Source of the DNA: Azolla caroliniana
Taxonomy: Eukaryota > Plantae > Polypodiophyta
Length of the DNA: 64,000 nucleotides
Assembly (NCBI GenBank): GCA_043228905.1
Contig: JBHGNT010000002.1
Span: 1-64,000, forward strand
Direction of reading: 5' to 3'
Shown: positions 26,101 through 41,950 of the stretch, one piece after another
Layout of the letters: every line of letters begins with the position of its first letter
Position numbering within the stretch: position 1 is the stretch's first letter
Position numbers and translations under genes: made by a program
The notes under the pieces: generated by a model
What the model was told of the DNA's origin: nothing
Database searches by the model: none
What the model saw: the letters and a program-made list of their open reading frames with translations, nothing else

Positions 26101-29100
26101 ATTTTATTTTACTGAAGGGGTCCTCTCAACTCCCTCCTCATGTTTGCTAATTTCGTCGTGTCTCTGGACCTGAGTTTCAAAATCTTAATTTTTGAATTCC
26201 ATATCATAGCTAGCGTTGTTAGCTTCGATTCGCATGTTTGAACACAAAAATCCGATATCACACGAGCCAGGTATGAACATTTTATTTTACTGAAGGGGTC
26301 CTCTCAACTCCCTCCTCATGTTTGCTAATTTCGTCGTGTCTCTGGACCTGAGTTTCAAAATCTTGATTTTTGAATTTCATATCATAGCTAGCGTTGTTAT
26401 CTTCGATTCGCATGTTTGAACACAAAAATCCGATATCACACAAGCCAGGTATGAACATTTTAATTTACCTACTAGCTCTTCTCAACTCACTCCTCAAAAG
26501 GGCTCCTCTTAACTCACTACTCATGTTTACTAATTTCGTCATGTCTGTGGACCTGAGTTTCAAAATCTTGATTTTTAAATTCCATATCATAGCTAGCGTT
26601 GTTAGCTTCGATTCGCATGTTTGAACACAAAAATCCGATATCACACGAGCCAGGTATTAACATTTTAATTTACTCAAGGGCTCCTCTCAACTACCTCCTC
26701 ATGTTTGCTAATTTCGTCGTGTCTCTCGACCTGAGTTTCAAAATCTTGATTTATTAATTTCATATCATAGCTAGCGTTGTTAGCTTCGATTCGCATGTTT
26801 GAACCCAAAAATCCGATAACACACGAGCCAGGTATGAACATTTTATTTTACTCAAGGGCTCCTCTCAACTCCCTCCTCATGTTTGCTAATTTCGTCGTGT
26901 CTCTGGACCTGAGTTTCAAAATCTTGATTTTTGAATTCCATATCATAGCTAGCGTTGTTAGCTTCGATTCGCATGTTTGAACACAAAAATCCGATATCAC
27001 ACGAGCCAGGTATGAACATTTTATTTTACTCAAGGGCTCCTCTCAACTCCCTCCTCATGTTTGCTAATTTCGTCGTGTCTCTGGACCTGAGTTTCAAAAT
27101 CTTGATTTTTGAATTCCATATCATAGCTAGCGTTGTTAGCTTCGATTCGCATGTTTGAACACAAAAATCCGATATTACACGAGCCAGGTATGAACATTTT
27201 AATTTACTCAAGGGCTCCTCTCAACTCACTACTCATGTTTACTAATTTCGTCATGTCTGTGGACCTGAGTTTCAAAATCTTGATTTTTGAATTCCATATC
27301 ATAGCTAGCGTTGTTAGCTTCGATTCCCATGTTTGAACACAAAAATCCGATATCACATAAGCCAGGTATGAACAATTTAATTTACCTACTAGCTCTTCTC
27401 AACTCACTCCTCAAATTTGGTAATTTCGTAATGTCTGTGGACCTGAGTTTCAAAATCTTGATTTTTGAATTCCATATCATAGCTAGCGTTGTTAGCTTCG
27501 ATTCGCATGTTTGAACCCAAAAATCCGATATCACACGAGCCAGGTATGAACATTTTATTTTACTGAAGGGGTCCTCTCAACTCCCTCCTCATGTTTGCTA
27601 ATTTCGTCGTGTCTCTGGACCTGAGTTTCAAAATCTTGATTTTTGAATTCCATATCATAGCTAGCGTTGTTAGCTTCGATTCGCATGTTTGAACCCAAAA
27701 ATCCGATATCACACGAGCCAGGTATGAACATTTTATTTTACTGAAGGGGTCCTCTCAACTCCCTCCTCATGTTTGCTAATTTCGTCGTGTCTCTGGACCT
27801 GAGTTTCAAAATCTTAATTTTTGAATTCCATATCATAGCTAGCGTTGTTAGCTTCGATTCGCATGTTTGAACACAAAAATCCGATATCACACGAGCCAGG
27901 TATGAACATTTTATTTTACTGAAGGGGTCCTCTCAACTCCCTCCTCATGTTTGCTAATTTCGTCGTGTCTCTGGACCTGAGTTTCAAAATCTTAATTTTT
28001 GAATTTCATATCATAGCTAGCGTTGTTATCTTCGATTCGCATGTTTGAACACAAAAATCCGATATCACACGAGCCAGGTATGGACATTTTAATTTACTCA
28101 AGGGCTTCTCTCAACTCAGTCCTCAAATTTGGTAATTTAATCATGTCTCTCGATCTGAGTTTCAAAATCTTGATTTTTCAATTCCATATCATAGCTAGCG
28201 TTGTTAGCTTCGATTCGCATGTTTGAACACAAAAATCCGATATCACACGAGCCAGGTATGAACATTTTAATTTACTCAAGGGCTCCTCTCAACTCCCTCC
28301 TCATGTTTGCTAATTTCGTCATGTCTGTCGACCTGAGTTTCAAAATCTTGATTTATTAATTCCATATCATAGCTAGCGTTGTTAGCTTCGATTCGCATGT
28401 TTGAACACAAAAATCCGATATCACACAAGCCAGGTATGAACATTTTAATTTACCTACTAGCTCTTCTCAACTCACTCCTCAAATTTGGTAATTTCGTCAT
28501 GTCTCTCGACCTGAGTTTCAGAATCTTGATTTTTGAATTCCATATCATAACTAGCGTTGTTAGCTTCGATTCGCATGTTTGAACCCAAAAATCCGATATC
28601 ACACGAGCCACGTATGAACATTTTATTTTACTCAAGGGCTCCTCTCAACTCCCTCCTCATGTTTGCTAATTTCGTCGTGTCTCTGGACCTGAGTTTCAAA
28701 ATCTTGATTTTTGAATTCCATATCATAGCTAGCGTTGTTATATTTGATTCGCATGTTTGAACACAAAAATCCGATATCACACGAGCCAGGTATGAACATT
28801 TTTCATTTACCCACTAGCTCTTCTCAACTCACTCCTCAAATTTGGTATTTTCGTCATGTCTCTCGACCTCAGTTTCAAAATCTTGAATTTTCAATTCCAT
28901 ATCATAGCTAGCGTTGTTAGCTTCGATTCGCATATTTGAACACAAAAATCCGATATCACACGAGCCAGGTATGAACATTTTAATTTACTCAAGGGCTCCT
29001 CTCAACTCCCTCCTCATGTTTGCTAATTTTGTCGTGTCTCTCGACCTGAGTTTCAAAATCTTGATTTATTAATTCCATATCATAGCTAGCGTTGTTAGCT

Positions 29101-32100
29101 TCGATTCGCATGTTTGAACACAAAAATCCGATATCACACAAGCCAGGTATGAACATTTTAATTTACCTACTAGCTCTTCTCAACTCACTCCTCAAATTTG
29201 GTATTTTCGTCATGTCTCTCGAACTGAGTTTCAAAATCTTGAATTTTTAATTCCATATCATAGCTAGCGTTGTTAGCTTCGATTCGCATGTTTGAACACA
29301 AAAATCCGATATTACACGAGCCAGGTATGAACATTTTAATTTACTCAAGGGCTCCTCTCAACTCACTACTCATGTTTACTATTTTCGTCATGTCTGTGGA
29401 CCTGAGTTTCAAAATCTTGATTTTTGAATTCCATATCATAGCTAGCGTTGTTAGCTTCGATTCGCATGTTTGAACACAAAAATCCGATATCACACGAGCC
29501 AGGTATGAACATTTTAATTTACTCAAGGGCTCCTCTCAACTCCCTCCTCATGTTTGCTAATTTCGTCATGTCTGTCGACCTGAGTTTCAAAATCTTGATT
29601 TATTAATTCCATATCAATGCTAGCGTTGTGAGCTTCGATTCCCATGTTTGAACACAAAAATCCGATATCACACAAGCCAGGTATGAACATTTTAATTTAC
29701 CTACTAGCTCTTCTCAACTGACTCCTCAAATTTGGTAATTTCGTCATGTCTCTCGACCTGAGTTTCAGAATCTTGATTTTTGAATTCCATATCATAACTA
29801 GCGTTGTTAGCTTCGATTCGCATGTTTGAACCCAAAAATCCGATATCACACGAGCCACGTATGAACATTTTATTTTACTCAAGGGCTCCTCTCAACTCCC
29901 TCCTCATGTTTGCTAATTTCGTCGTGTCTCTGGACCTGAGTTTCAAAATCTTGATTTTTGAATTCCATATCATAGCTAACGTTGTTAGCTTCGATTCGCA
30001 TGTTTGAACACAAAAATCCGATATCACACGAGCCAGGTATGAACATTTTATTTTACTGAAGGGGTCCTCTCAACTCCCTCCTCATGTTTGCTCATTTCGT
30101 CGTGTCTCTGGACCTGAGTTTCAAAATCTTGATTTTTGAATTCCATATCATAGCTAGCGTTGTTAGCTTCGATTCGCATGTTTGAACACAAAAATCCGAT
30201 ATTACACGAGCCAGGTATGAACATTTTAATTTACTCAAGGGCTCCTCTCAACTCACTACTCATGTTTACTAATTTCGTCATGTCTGTGGACCTGAGTTTC
30301 AAAATCTTGATTTTTGAATTCCATATCATAGCTAGCGTTGTTAGCTTCGATTCGCATGTTTGAACACAAAAATCCGATATCACACGAGCCAGGTATGAAC
30401 ATTTTAATTTACTCAAGGGCTCCTCTCAACTCCCTCCTCATGTTTGCTAATTTCGTCGTGTCTCTCGACCTGAGTTTCAAAATCTTGATTTATTAATTCC
30501 ATATCATAGCTAGCGTTGTTAGCTTCGATTCCCATGTTTGAACACAAAAATCCGATATCACATAAGCCAGGTATGAACAATTTAATTTACCTACTAGCTC
30601 TTCTCAACTCACTCCTCAAATTTGGTAATTTCGTAATGTCTGTGGACCTGAGTTTCAAAATCTTGATTTTTGAATTCCATATCATAGCTAGCGTTGTTAG
30701 CTTCGATTCGCATGTTTGAACCCAAAAATCCGATATCACACGAGCCAGGTATGAACATTTTATTTTACTGAAGGGGTCCTCTCAACTCCCTCCTCATGTT
30801 TGCTAATTTCGTCGTGTCTCTGGACCTGAGTTTCAAAATCTTAATTTTTGAATTCCATATCATAGCTAGCGTTGTTAGCTTCGATTCGCATGTTTGAACA
30901 CAAAAATCCGATATCACACGAGCCAGGTATGAACATTTTATTTTACTGAAGGGGTCCTCTCAACTCCCTCCTCATGTTTGCTAATTTCGTCGTGTCTCTG
31001 GACCTGAGTTTCAAAATCTTGATTTTTGAATTTCATATCATAGCTAGCGTTGTTATCTTCGATTCGCATGTTTGAACACAAAAATCCGATATCACACAAG
31101 CCAGGTATGAACATTTTAATTTACCTACTAGCTCTTCTCAACTCACTCCTCAAAAGGGCTCCTCTTAACTCACTACTCATGTTTACTAATTTCGTCATGT
31201 CTGTGGACCTGAGTTTCAAAATCTTGATTTTTAAATTCCATATCATAGCTAGCGTTGTTAGCTTCGATTCGCATGTTTGAACACAAAAATCCGATATCAC
31301 ACGAGCCAGGTATTAACATTTTAATTTACTCAAGGGCTCCTCTCAACTACCTCCTCATGTTTGCTAATTTCGTCGTGTCTCTCGACCTGAGTTTCAAAAT
31401 CTTGATTTATTAATTTCATATCATAGCTAGCGTTGTTAGCTTCGATTCGCATGTTTGAACCCAAAAATCCGATAACACACGAGCCAGGTATGAACATTTT
31501 ATTTTACTCAAGGGCTCCTCTCAACTCCCTCCTCATGTTTGCTAATTTCGTCGTGTCTCTGGACCTGAGTTTCAAAATCTTGATTTTTGAATTCCATATC
31601 ATAGCTAGCGTTGTTAGCTTCGATTCGCATGTTTGAACACAAAAATCCGATATCACACGAGCCAGGTATGAACATTTTATTTTACTCAAGGGCTCCTCTC
31701 AACTCCCTCCTCATGTTTGCTAATTTCGTCGTGTCTCTGGACCTGAGTTTCAAAATCTTGATTTTTGAATTCCATATCATAGCTAGCGTTGTTAGCTTCG
31801 ATTCGCATGTTTGAACACAAAAATCCGATATTACACGAGCCAGGTATGAACATTTTAATTTACTCAAGGGCTCCTCTCAACTCACTACTCATGTTTACTA
31901 ATTTCGTCATGTCTGTGGACCTGAGTTTCAAAATCTTGATTTTTGAATTCCATATCATAGCTAGCGTTGTTAGCTTCGATTCCCATGTTTGAACACAAAA
32001 ATCCGATATCACATAAGCCAGGTATGAACAATTTAATTTACCTACTAGCTCTTCTCAACTCACTCCTCAAATTTGGTAATTTCGTAATGTCTGTGGACCT

Positions 32101-35100
32101 GAGTTTCAAAATCTTGATTTTTGAATTCCATATCATAGCTAGCGTTGTTAGCTTCGATTCGCATGTTTGAACCCAAAAATCCGATATCACACGAGCCAGG
32201 TATGAACATTTTATTTTACTGAAGGGGTCCTCTCAACTCCCTCCTCATGTTTGCTAATTTCGTCGTGTCTCTGGACCTGAGTTTCAAAATCTTGATTTTT
32301 GAATTCCATATCATAGCTAGCGTTGTTAGCTTCGATTCGCATGTTTGAACCCAAAAATCCGATATCACACGAGCCAGGTATGAACATTTTATTTTACTGA
32401 AGGGGTCCTCTCAACTCCCTCCTCATGTTTGCTAATTTCGTCGTGTCTCTGGACCTGAGTTTCAAAATCTTAATTTTTGAATTCCATATCATAGCTAGCG
32501 TTGTTAGCTTCGATTCGCATGTTTGAACACAAAAATCCGATATCACACGAGCCAGGTATGAACATTTTATTTTACTGAAGGGGTCCTCTCAACTCCCTCC
32601 TCATGTTTGCTAATTTCGTCGTGTCTCTGGACCTGAGTTTCAAAATCTTAATTTTTGAATTTCATATCATAGCTAGCGTTGTTATCTTCGATTCGCATGT
32701 TTGAACACAAAAATCCGATATCACACGAGCCAGGTATGAACATTTTTCATTTACCCACTAGCTCTTCTCAACTCACTCCTCAAATTTGCTAATTTCGTCA
32801 TGTCTCTCGACCTGAGTTTCAAAATCTTGAATTTTCAATTCCATATCATAGCTAGCGTTGTTAGCTTCGATTCGCATGTTTGAACACAAAAATCCGATAT
32901 CACACGAGCCAGGTATGAACATTTTATTTTACTGAAGGGGTCCTCTCAACTCCCTCCTCATGTTTGCTAATTTCGTCGTGTCTCTGGACCTGAGTTTCAA
33001 AATCTTGATTTTTGAATTCCATATCATAGCTAGCGTTGTTAGCTTCGATTCGCATGTTTGAACACAAAAATCCGATATTACACGAGCCAGGTATGAACAT
33101 TTTAATTTACTCAAGGGCTCCTCTCACCTCACTACTCATGTTTGCTAATTTCGTCATGTCTCTCGACCGGAGTTTCAAAATCTTGATTTTTGAATTCCAT
33201 ATCATAGCTAGCGTTGTTAGCTTCGATTCGCATGTTTGAACACAAAAATCCGATATTACACGAGCCAGGTATGACCATTTTAATTTACTCAAGGGCTCCT
33301 CTCAACTCACTACTCATGTTTGCTAATTTCGTCGTGTCTCTCGACCTGAGTTTCAAAATCTTGATTTTTTAATTCCATATCATAGCTAGCGTTGTTAGCT
33401 TCGATTCGCATGTTTGAACACAAAAATACGATATTACACAAGCCAGGTATGAACATTTTAATTTACTCAAGGGCTCCTCTCAACTCCCTCCTCATGTTTG
33501 CTAATTTCGTCGTGTCTCTCGACCTGAGTTTCAAAATGTTGATTTATTAATTCCATATCAATAAGCGTTGTGAGCTTCGATTCCCATGTTTGAACACAAA
33601 AATCCGATATCACACAAGCCAGGTATGAAGATTTTAATTTACCTACTAGCTCTTCTCAACTCACTCCTCAAATTTGGTAATTTCGTCATGTCTCTCGACC
33701 TCAGTTTCAAAATCTTGAATTTTCAATTCCATATCATAGCTAGCGTTGTTAGCTTCGATTCGCATATTTGAACACAAAAATCCGATATCACACGAGCCAG
33801 GTATGAACATTTTAATTTACTCAAGGGCTCCTCTCAACTCCCTCCTCATGTTTGCTAATTTTGTCGTGTCTCTCGACCTGAGTTTCAAAATCTTGATTTA
33901 TTAATTCCATATCATAGCTAGCGTTGTTAGCTTCGATTCGCATGTTTGAACACAAAAATCCGATATCACACAAGCCAGGTATGAACATTTTAATTTACCT
34001 ACTAGCTCTTCTCAACTCACTCCTCAAATTTGGTATTTTCGTCATGTCTCTCGAACTGAGTTTCAAAATCTTGAATTTTTAATTCCATATCATAGCTAGC
34101 GTTGTTAGCTTCGATTCGCATGTTTGAACACAAAAATCCGATATTACACGAGCCAGGTATGAACATTTTAATTTACTCAAGGGCTCCTCTCAACTCACTA
34201 CTCATGTTTACTATTTTCGTCATGTCTGTGGACCTGAGTTTCAAAATCTTGATTTTTGAATTCCATATCATAGCTAGCGTTGTTAGCTTCGATTCGCATG
34301 TTTGAACACAAAAATCCGATATCACACGAGCCAGGTATGAACATTTTAATTTACTCAAGGGCTCCTCTCAACTCCCTCCTCATGTTTGCTAATTTCGTCA
34401 TGTCTGTCGACCTGAGTTTCAAAATCTTGATTTATTAATTCCATATCAATGCTAGCGTTGTGAGCTTCGATTCCCATGTTTGAACACAAAAATCCGATAT
34501 CACACAAGCCAGGTATGAACATTTTAATTTACCTACTAGCTCTTCTCAACTGACTCCTCAAATTTGGTAATTTCGTCATGTCTCTCGACCTGAGTTTCAG
34601 AATCTTGATTTTTGAATTCCATATCATAACTAGCGTTGTTAGCTTCGATTCGCATGTTTGAACCCAAAAATCCGATATCACACGAGCCACGTATGAACAT
34701 TTTATTTTACTCAAGGGCTCCTCTCAACTCCCTCCTCATGTTTGCTAATTTCGTCGTGTCTCTGGACCTGAGTTTCAAAATCTTGATTTTTGAATTCCAT
34801 ATCATAGCTAACGTTGTTAGCTTCGATTCGCATGTTTGAACACAAAAATCCGATATCACACGAGCCAGGTATGAACATTTTATTTTACTGAAGGGGTCCT
34901 CTCAACTCCCTCCTCATGTTTGCTCATTTCGTCGTGTCTCTGGACCTGAGTTTCAAAATCTTGATTTTTGAATTCCATATCATAGCTAGCGTTGTTAGCT
35001 TCGATTCGCATGTTTGAACACAAAAATCCGATATTACACGAGCCAGGTATGAACATTTTAATTTACTCAAGGGCTCCTCTCAACTCACTACTCATGTTTA

Positions 35101-38100
35101 CTAATTTCGTCATGTCTGTGGACCTGAGTTTCAAAATCTTGATTTTTGAATTCCATATCATAGCTAGCGTTGTTAGCTTCGATTCGCATGTTTGAACACA
35201 AAAATCCGATATCACACGAGCCAGGTATGAACATTTTAATTTACTCAAGGGCTCCTCTCAACTCCCTCCTCATGTTTGCTAATTTCGTCGTGTCTCTCGA
35301 CCTGAGTTTCAAAATCTTGATTTATTAATTCCATATCATAGCTAGCGTTGTTAGCTTCGATTCCCATGTTTGAACACAAAAATCCGATATCACATAAGCC
35401 AGGTATGAACAATTTAATTTACCTACTAGCTCTTCTCAACTCACTCCTCAAATTTGGTAATTTCGTAATGTCTGTGGACCTGAGTTTCAAAATCTTGATT
35501 TTTGAATTCCATATCATAGCTAGCGTTGTTAGCTTCGATTCGCATGTTTGAACCCAAAAATCCGATATCACACGAGCCAGGTATGAACATTTTATTTTAC
35601 TGAAGGGGTCCTCTCAACTCCCTCCTCATGTTTGCTAATTTCGTCGTGTCTCTGGACCTGAGTTTCAAAATCTTAATTTTTGAATTCCATATCATAGCTA
35701 GCGTTGTTAGCTTCGATTCGCATGTTTGAACACAAAAATCCGATATCACACGAGCCAGGTATGAACATTTTATTTTACTGAAGGGGTCCTCTCAACTCCC
35801 TCCTCATGTTTGCTAATTTCGTCGTGTCTCTGGACCTGAGTTTCAAAATCTTGATTTTTGAATTTCATATCATAGCTAGCGTTGTTATCTTCGATTCGCA
35901 TGTTTGAACACAAAAATCCGATATCACACAAGCCAGGTATGAACATTTTAATTTACCTACTAGCTCTTCTCAACTCACTCCTCAAAAGGGCTCCTCTTAA
36001 CTCACTACTCATGTTTACTAATTTCGTCATGTCTGTGGACCTGAGTTTCAAAATCTTGATTTTTAAATTCCATATCATAGCTAGCGTTGTTAGCTTCGAT
36101 TCGCATGTTTGAACACAAAAATCCGATATCACACGAGCCAGGTATTAACATTTTAATTTACTCAAGGGCTCCTCTCAACTACCTCCTCATGTTTGCTAAT
36201 TTCGTCGTGTCTCTCGACCTGAGTTTCAAAATCTTGATTTATTAATTTCATATCATAGCTAGCGTTGTTAGCTTCGATTCGCATGTTTGAACCCAAAAAT
36301 CCGATAACACACGAGCCAGGTATGAACATTTTATTTTACTCAAGGGCTCCTCTCAACTCCCTCCTCATGTTTGCTAATTTCGTCGTGTCTCTGGACCTGA
36401 GTTTCAAAATCTTGATTTTTGAATTCCATATCATAGCTAGCGTTGTTAGCTTCGATTCGCATGTTTGAACACAAAAATCCGATATCACACGAGCCAGGTA
36501 TGAACATTTTATTTTACTCAAGGGCTCCTCTCAACTCCCTCCTCATGTTTGCTAATTTCGTCGTGTCTCTGGACCTGAGTTTCAAAATCTTGATTTTTGA
36601 ATTCCATATCATAGCTAGCGTTGTTAGCTTCGATTCGCATGTTTGAACACAAAAATCCGATATTACACGAGCCAGGTATGAACATTTTAATTTACTCAAG
36701 GGCTCCTCTCAACTCACTACTCATGTTTACTAATTTCGTCATGTCTGTGGACCTGAGTTTCAAAATCTTGATTTTTGAATTCCATATCATAGCTAGCGTT
36801 GCTAGCTTCGATTCCCATGTTTGAACACAAAAATCCGATATCACATAAGCCAGGTATGAACAATTTAATTTACCTACTAGCTCTTCTCAACTCACTCCTC
36901 AAATTTGGTAATTTCGTAATGTCTGTGGACCTGAGTTTCAAAATCTTGATTTTTGAATTCCATATCATAGCTAGCGTTGTTAGCTTCGATTCGCATGTTT
37001 GAACCCAAAAATCCGATATCACACGAGCCAGGTATGAACATTTTATTTTACTGAAGGGGTCCTCTCAACTCCCTCCTCATGTTTGCTAATTTCGTCGTGT
37101 CTCTGGACCTGAGTTTCAAAATCTTGATTTTTGAATTCCATATCATAGCTAGCGTTGTTAGCTTCGATTCGCATGTTTGAACCCAAAAATCCGATATCAC
37201 ACGAGCCAGGTATGAACATTTTATTTTACTGAAGGGGTCCTCTCAACTCCCTCCTCATGTTTGCTAATTTCGTCGTGTCTCTGGACCTGAGTTTCAAAAT
37301 CTTAATTTTTGAATTCCATATCATAGCTAGCGTTGTTAGCTTCGATTCGCATGTTTGAACACAAAAATCCGATATCACACGAGCCAGGTATGAACATTTT
37401 ATTTTACTGAAGGGGTCCTCTCAACTCCCTCCTCATGTTTGCTAATTTCGTCGTGTCTCTGGACCTGAGTTTCAAAATCTTAATTTTTGAATTTCATATC
37501 ATAGCTAGCGTTGTTATCTTCGATTCGCATGTTTGAACACAAAAATCCGATATCACACGAGCCAGGTATGAACATTTTTCATTTACCCACTAGCTCTTCT
37601 CAACTCACTCCTCAAATTTGCTAATTTCGTCATGTCTCTCGACCTGAGTTTCAAAATCTTGAATTTTCAATTCCATATCATAGCTAGCGTTGTTAGCTTC
37701 GATTCGCATGTTTGAACACAAAAATCCGATATCACACGAGCCAGGTATGAACATTTTATTTTACTGAAGGGGTCCTCTCAACTCCCTCCTCATGTTTGCT
37801 AATTTCGTCGTGTCTCTGGACCTGAGTTTCAAAATCTTGATTTTTGAATTCCATATCATAGCTAGCGTTGTTAGCTTCGATTCGCATGTTTGAACACAAA
37901 AATCCGATATTACACGAGCCAGGTATGAACATTTTAATTTACTCAAGGGCTCCTCTCACCTCACTACTCATGTTTGCTAATTTCGTCATGTCTCTCGACC
38001 GGAGTTTCAAAATCTTGATTTTTGAATTCCATATCATAGCTAGCGTTGTTAGCTTCGATTCGCATGTTTGAACACAAAAATCCGATATTACACGAGCCAG

Positions 38101-41100
38101 GTATGACCATTTTAATTTACTCAAGGGCTCCTCTCAACTCACTACTCATGTTTGCTAATTTCGTCGTGTCTCTGGACCTGAGTTTCAAAATCTTGATTTT
38201 TTAATTCCATATCATAGCTAACGTTGTTAGCTTCGATTCGCATGTTTGAACACAAAAATCCGATATCACACGAGCCAGGTATGAACATTTTATTTTACTG
38301 AAGGGGTCCTCTCAACTCCCTCCTCATGTTTGCTCATTTCGTCGTGTCTCTGGACCTGAGTTTCAAAATCTTGATTTTTGAATTCCATATCATAGCTAGC
38401 GTTGTTAGCTTCGATTCGCATGTTTGAACACAAAAATCCGATATTACACGAGCCAGGTATGAACATTTTAATTTACTCAAGGGCTCCTCTTAACTCACTA
38501 CTCATGTTTACTAATTTCGTCATGTCTGTGGACCTGAGTTTCAAAATCTTGATTTTTGAATTCCATATCATAGCTAGCGTTGTTAGCTTCGATTCGCATG
38601 TTTGAACACAAAAATCCGATATCACACGAGCCAGGTATGAACATTTTAATTTACTCAAGGGCTCCTCTCAACTCCCTCCTCATGTTTGCTAATTTCGTCG
38701 TGTCTCTCGACCTGAGTTTCAAAATCTTGATTTATTAATTCCATATCATAGCTAGCGTTGTTAGCTTCGATTCCCATGTTTGAACACAAAAATCCGATAT
38801 CACATAAGCCAGGTATGAACAATTTAATTTACCTACTAGCTCTTCTCAACTCACTCCTCAAATTTGGTAATTTCGTAATGTCTGTGGACCTGAGTTTCAA
38901 AATCTTGATTTTTGAATTCCATATCATAGCTAGCGTTGTTAGCTTCGATTCGCATGTTTGAACCCAAAAATCCGATATCACACGAGCCAGGTATGAACAT
39001 TTTATTTTACTGAAGGGGTCCTCTCAACTCCCTCCTCATGTTTGCTAATTTCGTCGTGTCTCTGGACCTGAGTTTCAAAATCTTAATTTTTGAATTCCAT
39101 ATCATAGCTAGCGTTGTTAGCTTCGATTCGCATGTTTGAACACAAAAATCCGATATCACACGAGCCAGGTATGAACATTTTATTTTACTGAAGGGGTCCT
39201 CTCAACTCCCTCCTCATGTTTGCTAATTTCGTCGTGTCTCTGGACCTGAGTTTCAAAATCTTGATTTTTGAATTTCATATCATAGCTAGCGTTGTTATCT
39301 TCGATTCGCATGTTTGAACACAAAAATCCGATATCACACAAGCCAGGTATGAACATTTTAATTTACCTACTAGCTCTTCTCAACTCACTCCTCAAAAGGG
39401 CTCCTCTTAACTCACTACTCATGTTTACTAATTTCGTCATGTCTGTGGACCTGAGTTTCAAAATCTTGATTTTTAAATTCCATATCATAGCTAGCGTTGT
39501 TAGCTTCGATTCGCATGTTTGAACACAAAAATCCGATATCACACGAGCCAGGTATTAACATTTTAATTTACTCAAGGGCTCCTCTCAACTACCTCCTCAT
39601 GTTTGCTAATTTCGTCGTGTCTCTCGACCTGAGTTTCAAAATCTTGATTTATTAATTTCATATCATAGCTAGCGTTGTTAGCTTCGATTCGCATGTTTGA
39701 ACCCAAAAATCCGATAACACACGAGCCAGGTATGAACATTTTATTTTACTCAAGGGCTCCTCTCAACTCCCTCCTCATGTTTGCTAATTTCGTCGTGTCT
39801 CTGGACCTGAGTTTCAAAATCTTGATTTTTGAATTCCATATCATAGCTAGCGTTGTTAGCTTCGATTCGCATGTTTGAACACAAAAATCCGATATCACAC
39901 GAGCCAGGTATGAACATTTTATTTTACTCAAGGGCTCCTCTCAACTCCCTCCTCATGTTTGCTAATTTCGTCGTGTCTCTGGACCTGAGTTTCAAAATCT
40001 TGATTTTTGAATTCCATATCATAGCTAGCGTTGTTAGCTTCGATTCGCATGTTTGAACACAAAAATCCGATATTACACGAGCCAGGTATGAACATTTTAA
40101 TTTACTCAAGGGCTCCTCTCAACTCACTACTCATGTTTACTAATTTCGTCATGTCTGTGGACCTGAGTTTCAAAATCTTGATTTTTGAATTCCATATCAT
40201 AGCTAGCGTTGTTAGCTTCGATTCCCATGTTTGAACACAAAAATCCGATATCACATAAGCCAGGTATGAACAATTTAATTTACCTACTAGCTCTTCTCAA
40301 CTCACTCCTCAAATTTGGTAATTTCGTAATGTCTGTGGACCTGAGTTTCAAAATCTTGATTTTTGAATTCCATATCATAGCTAGCGTTGTTAGCTTCGAT
40401 TCGCATGTTTGAACCCAAAAATCCGATATCACACGAGCCAGGTATGAACATTTTATTTTACTGAAGGGGTCCTCTCAACTCCCTCCTCATGTTTGCTAAT
40501 TTCGTCGTGTCTCTGGACCTGAGTTTCAAAATCTTGATTTTTGAATTCCATATCATAGCTAGCGTTGTTAGCTTCGATTCGCATGTTTGAACCCAAAAAT
40601 CCGATATCACACGAGCCAGGTATGAACATTTTATTTTACTGAAGGGGTCCTCTCAACTCCCTCCTCATGTTTGCTAATTTCGTCGTGTCTCTGGACCTGA
40701 GTTTCAAAATCTTAATTTTTGAATTCCATATCATAGCTAGCGTTGTTAGCTTCGATTCGCATGTTTGAACACAAAAATCCGATATCACACGAGCCAGGTA
40801 TGAACATTTTATTTTACTGAAGGGGTCCTCTCAACTCCCTCCTCATGTTTGCTAATTTCGTCGTGTCTCTGGACCTGAGTTTCAAAATCTTAATTTTTGA
40901 ATTTCATATCATAGCTAGCGTTGTTATCTTCGATTCGCATGTTTGAACACAAAAATCCGATATCACACGAGCCAGGTATGAACATTTTTCATTTACCCAC
41001 TAGCTCTTCTCAACTCACTCCTCAAATTTGCTAATTTCGTCATGTCTCTCGACCTGAGTTTCAAAATCTTGAATTTTCAATTCCATATCATAGCTAGCGT

Positions 41101-41950
41101 TGTTAGCTTCGATTCGCATGTTTGAACACAAAAATCCGATATCACACGAGCCAGGTATGAACATTTTATTTTACTGAAGGGGTCCTCTCAACTCCCTCCT
41201 CATGTTTGCTAATTTCGTCGTGTCTCTGGACCTGAGTTTCAAAATCTTGATTTTTGAATTCCATATCATAGCTAGCGTTGTTAGCTTCGATTCGCATGTT
41301 TGAACACAAAAATCCGATATTACACGAGCCAGGTATGAACATTTTAATTTACTCAAGGGCTCCTCTCACCTCACTACTCATGTTTGCTAATTTCGTCATG
41401 TCTCTCGACCGGAGTTTCAAAATCTTGATTTTTGAATTCCATATCATAGCTAGCGTTGTTAGCTTCGATTCGCATGTTTGAACACAAAAATCCGATATTA
41501 CACGAGCCAGGTATGACCATTTTAATTTACTCAAGGGCTCCTCTCAACTCACTACTCATGTTTGCTAATTTCGTCGTGTCTCTCGACCTGAGTTTCAAAA
41601 TCTTGATTTTTTAATTCCATATCATAGCTAGCGTTGTTAGCTTCGATTCGCATGTTGGAACACAAAAATACGATATTACACAAGCCAGGTATGAACATTT
41701 TAATTTACTCAAGGGCTCCTCTCAACTCCCTCCTCATGTTTGCTAATTTCGTCGTGTCTCTCGACCTGAGTTTCAAAATGTTGATTTATTAATTCCATAT
41801 CAATAAGCGTTGTGAGCTTCGATTCCCATGTTTGAACACAAAAATCCGATATCACACAAGCCAGGTATGAAGATTTTAATTTACCTACTAGCTCTTCTCA
41901 ACTCACTCCTCAAATTTGGTAATTTCGTCATGTCTCTCGACCTGAGTTTC
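23190..41950 (+). repeat. Satellite domain 3: variable-length HOR (4656, 4832, 3410 bp = 26, 27, 19 monomers) marked by a 205-bp monomer
   Basis: Junction ctcaaaagggctc at 26493, 31149, 35981 and 39391. ORF pairs 23367/28023 (4656), 29270/34102 and 33036/37868 (4832), 34992/38402 and 37868/41278 (3410). The tactgaaggggtcc variant is enriched here. Outer boundaries are approximate. Confidence 0.9.
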
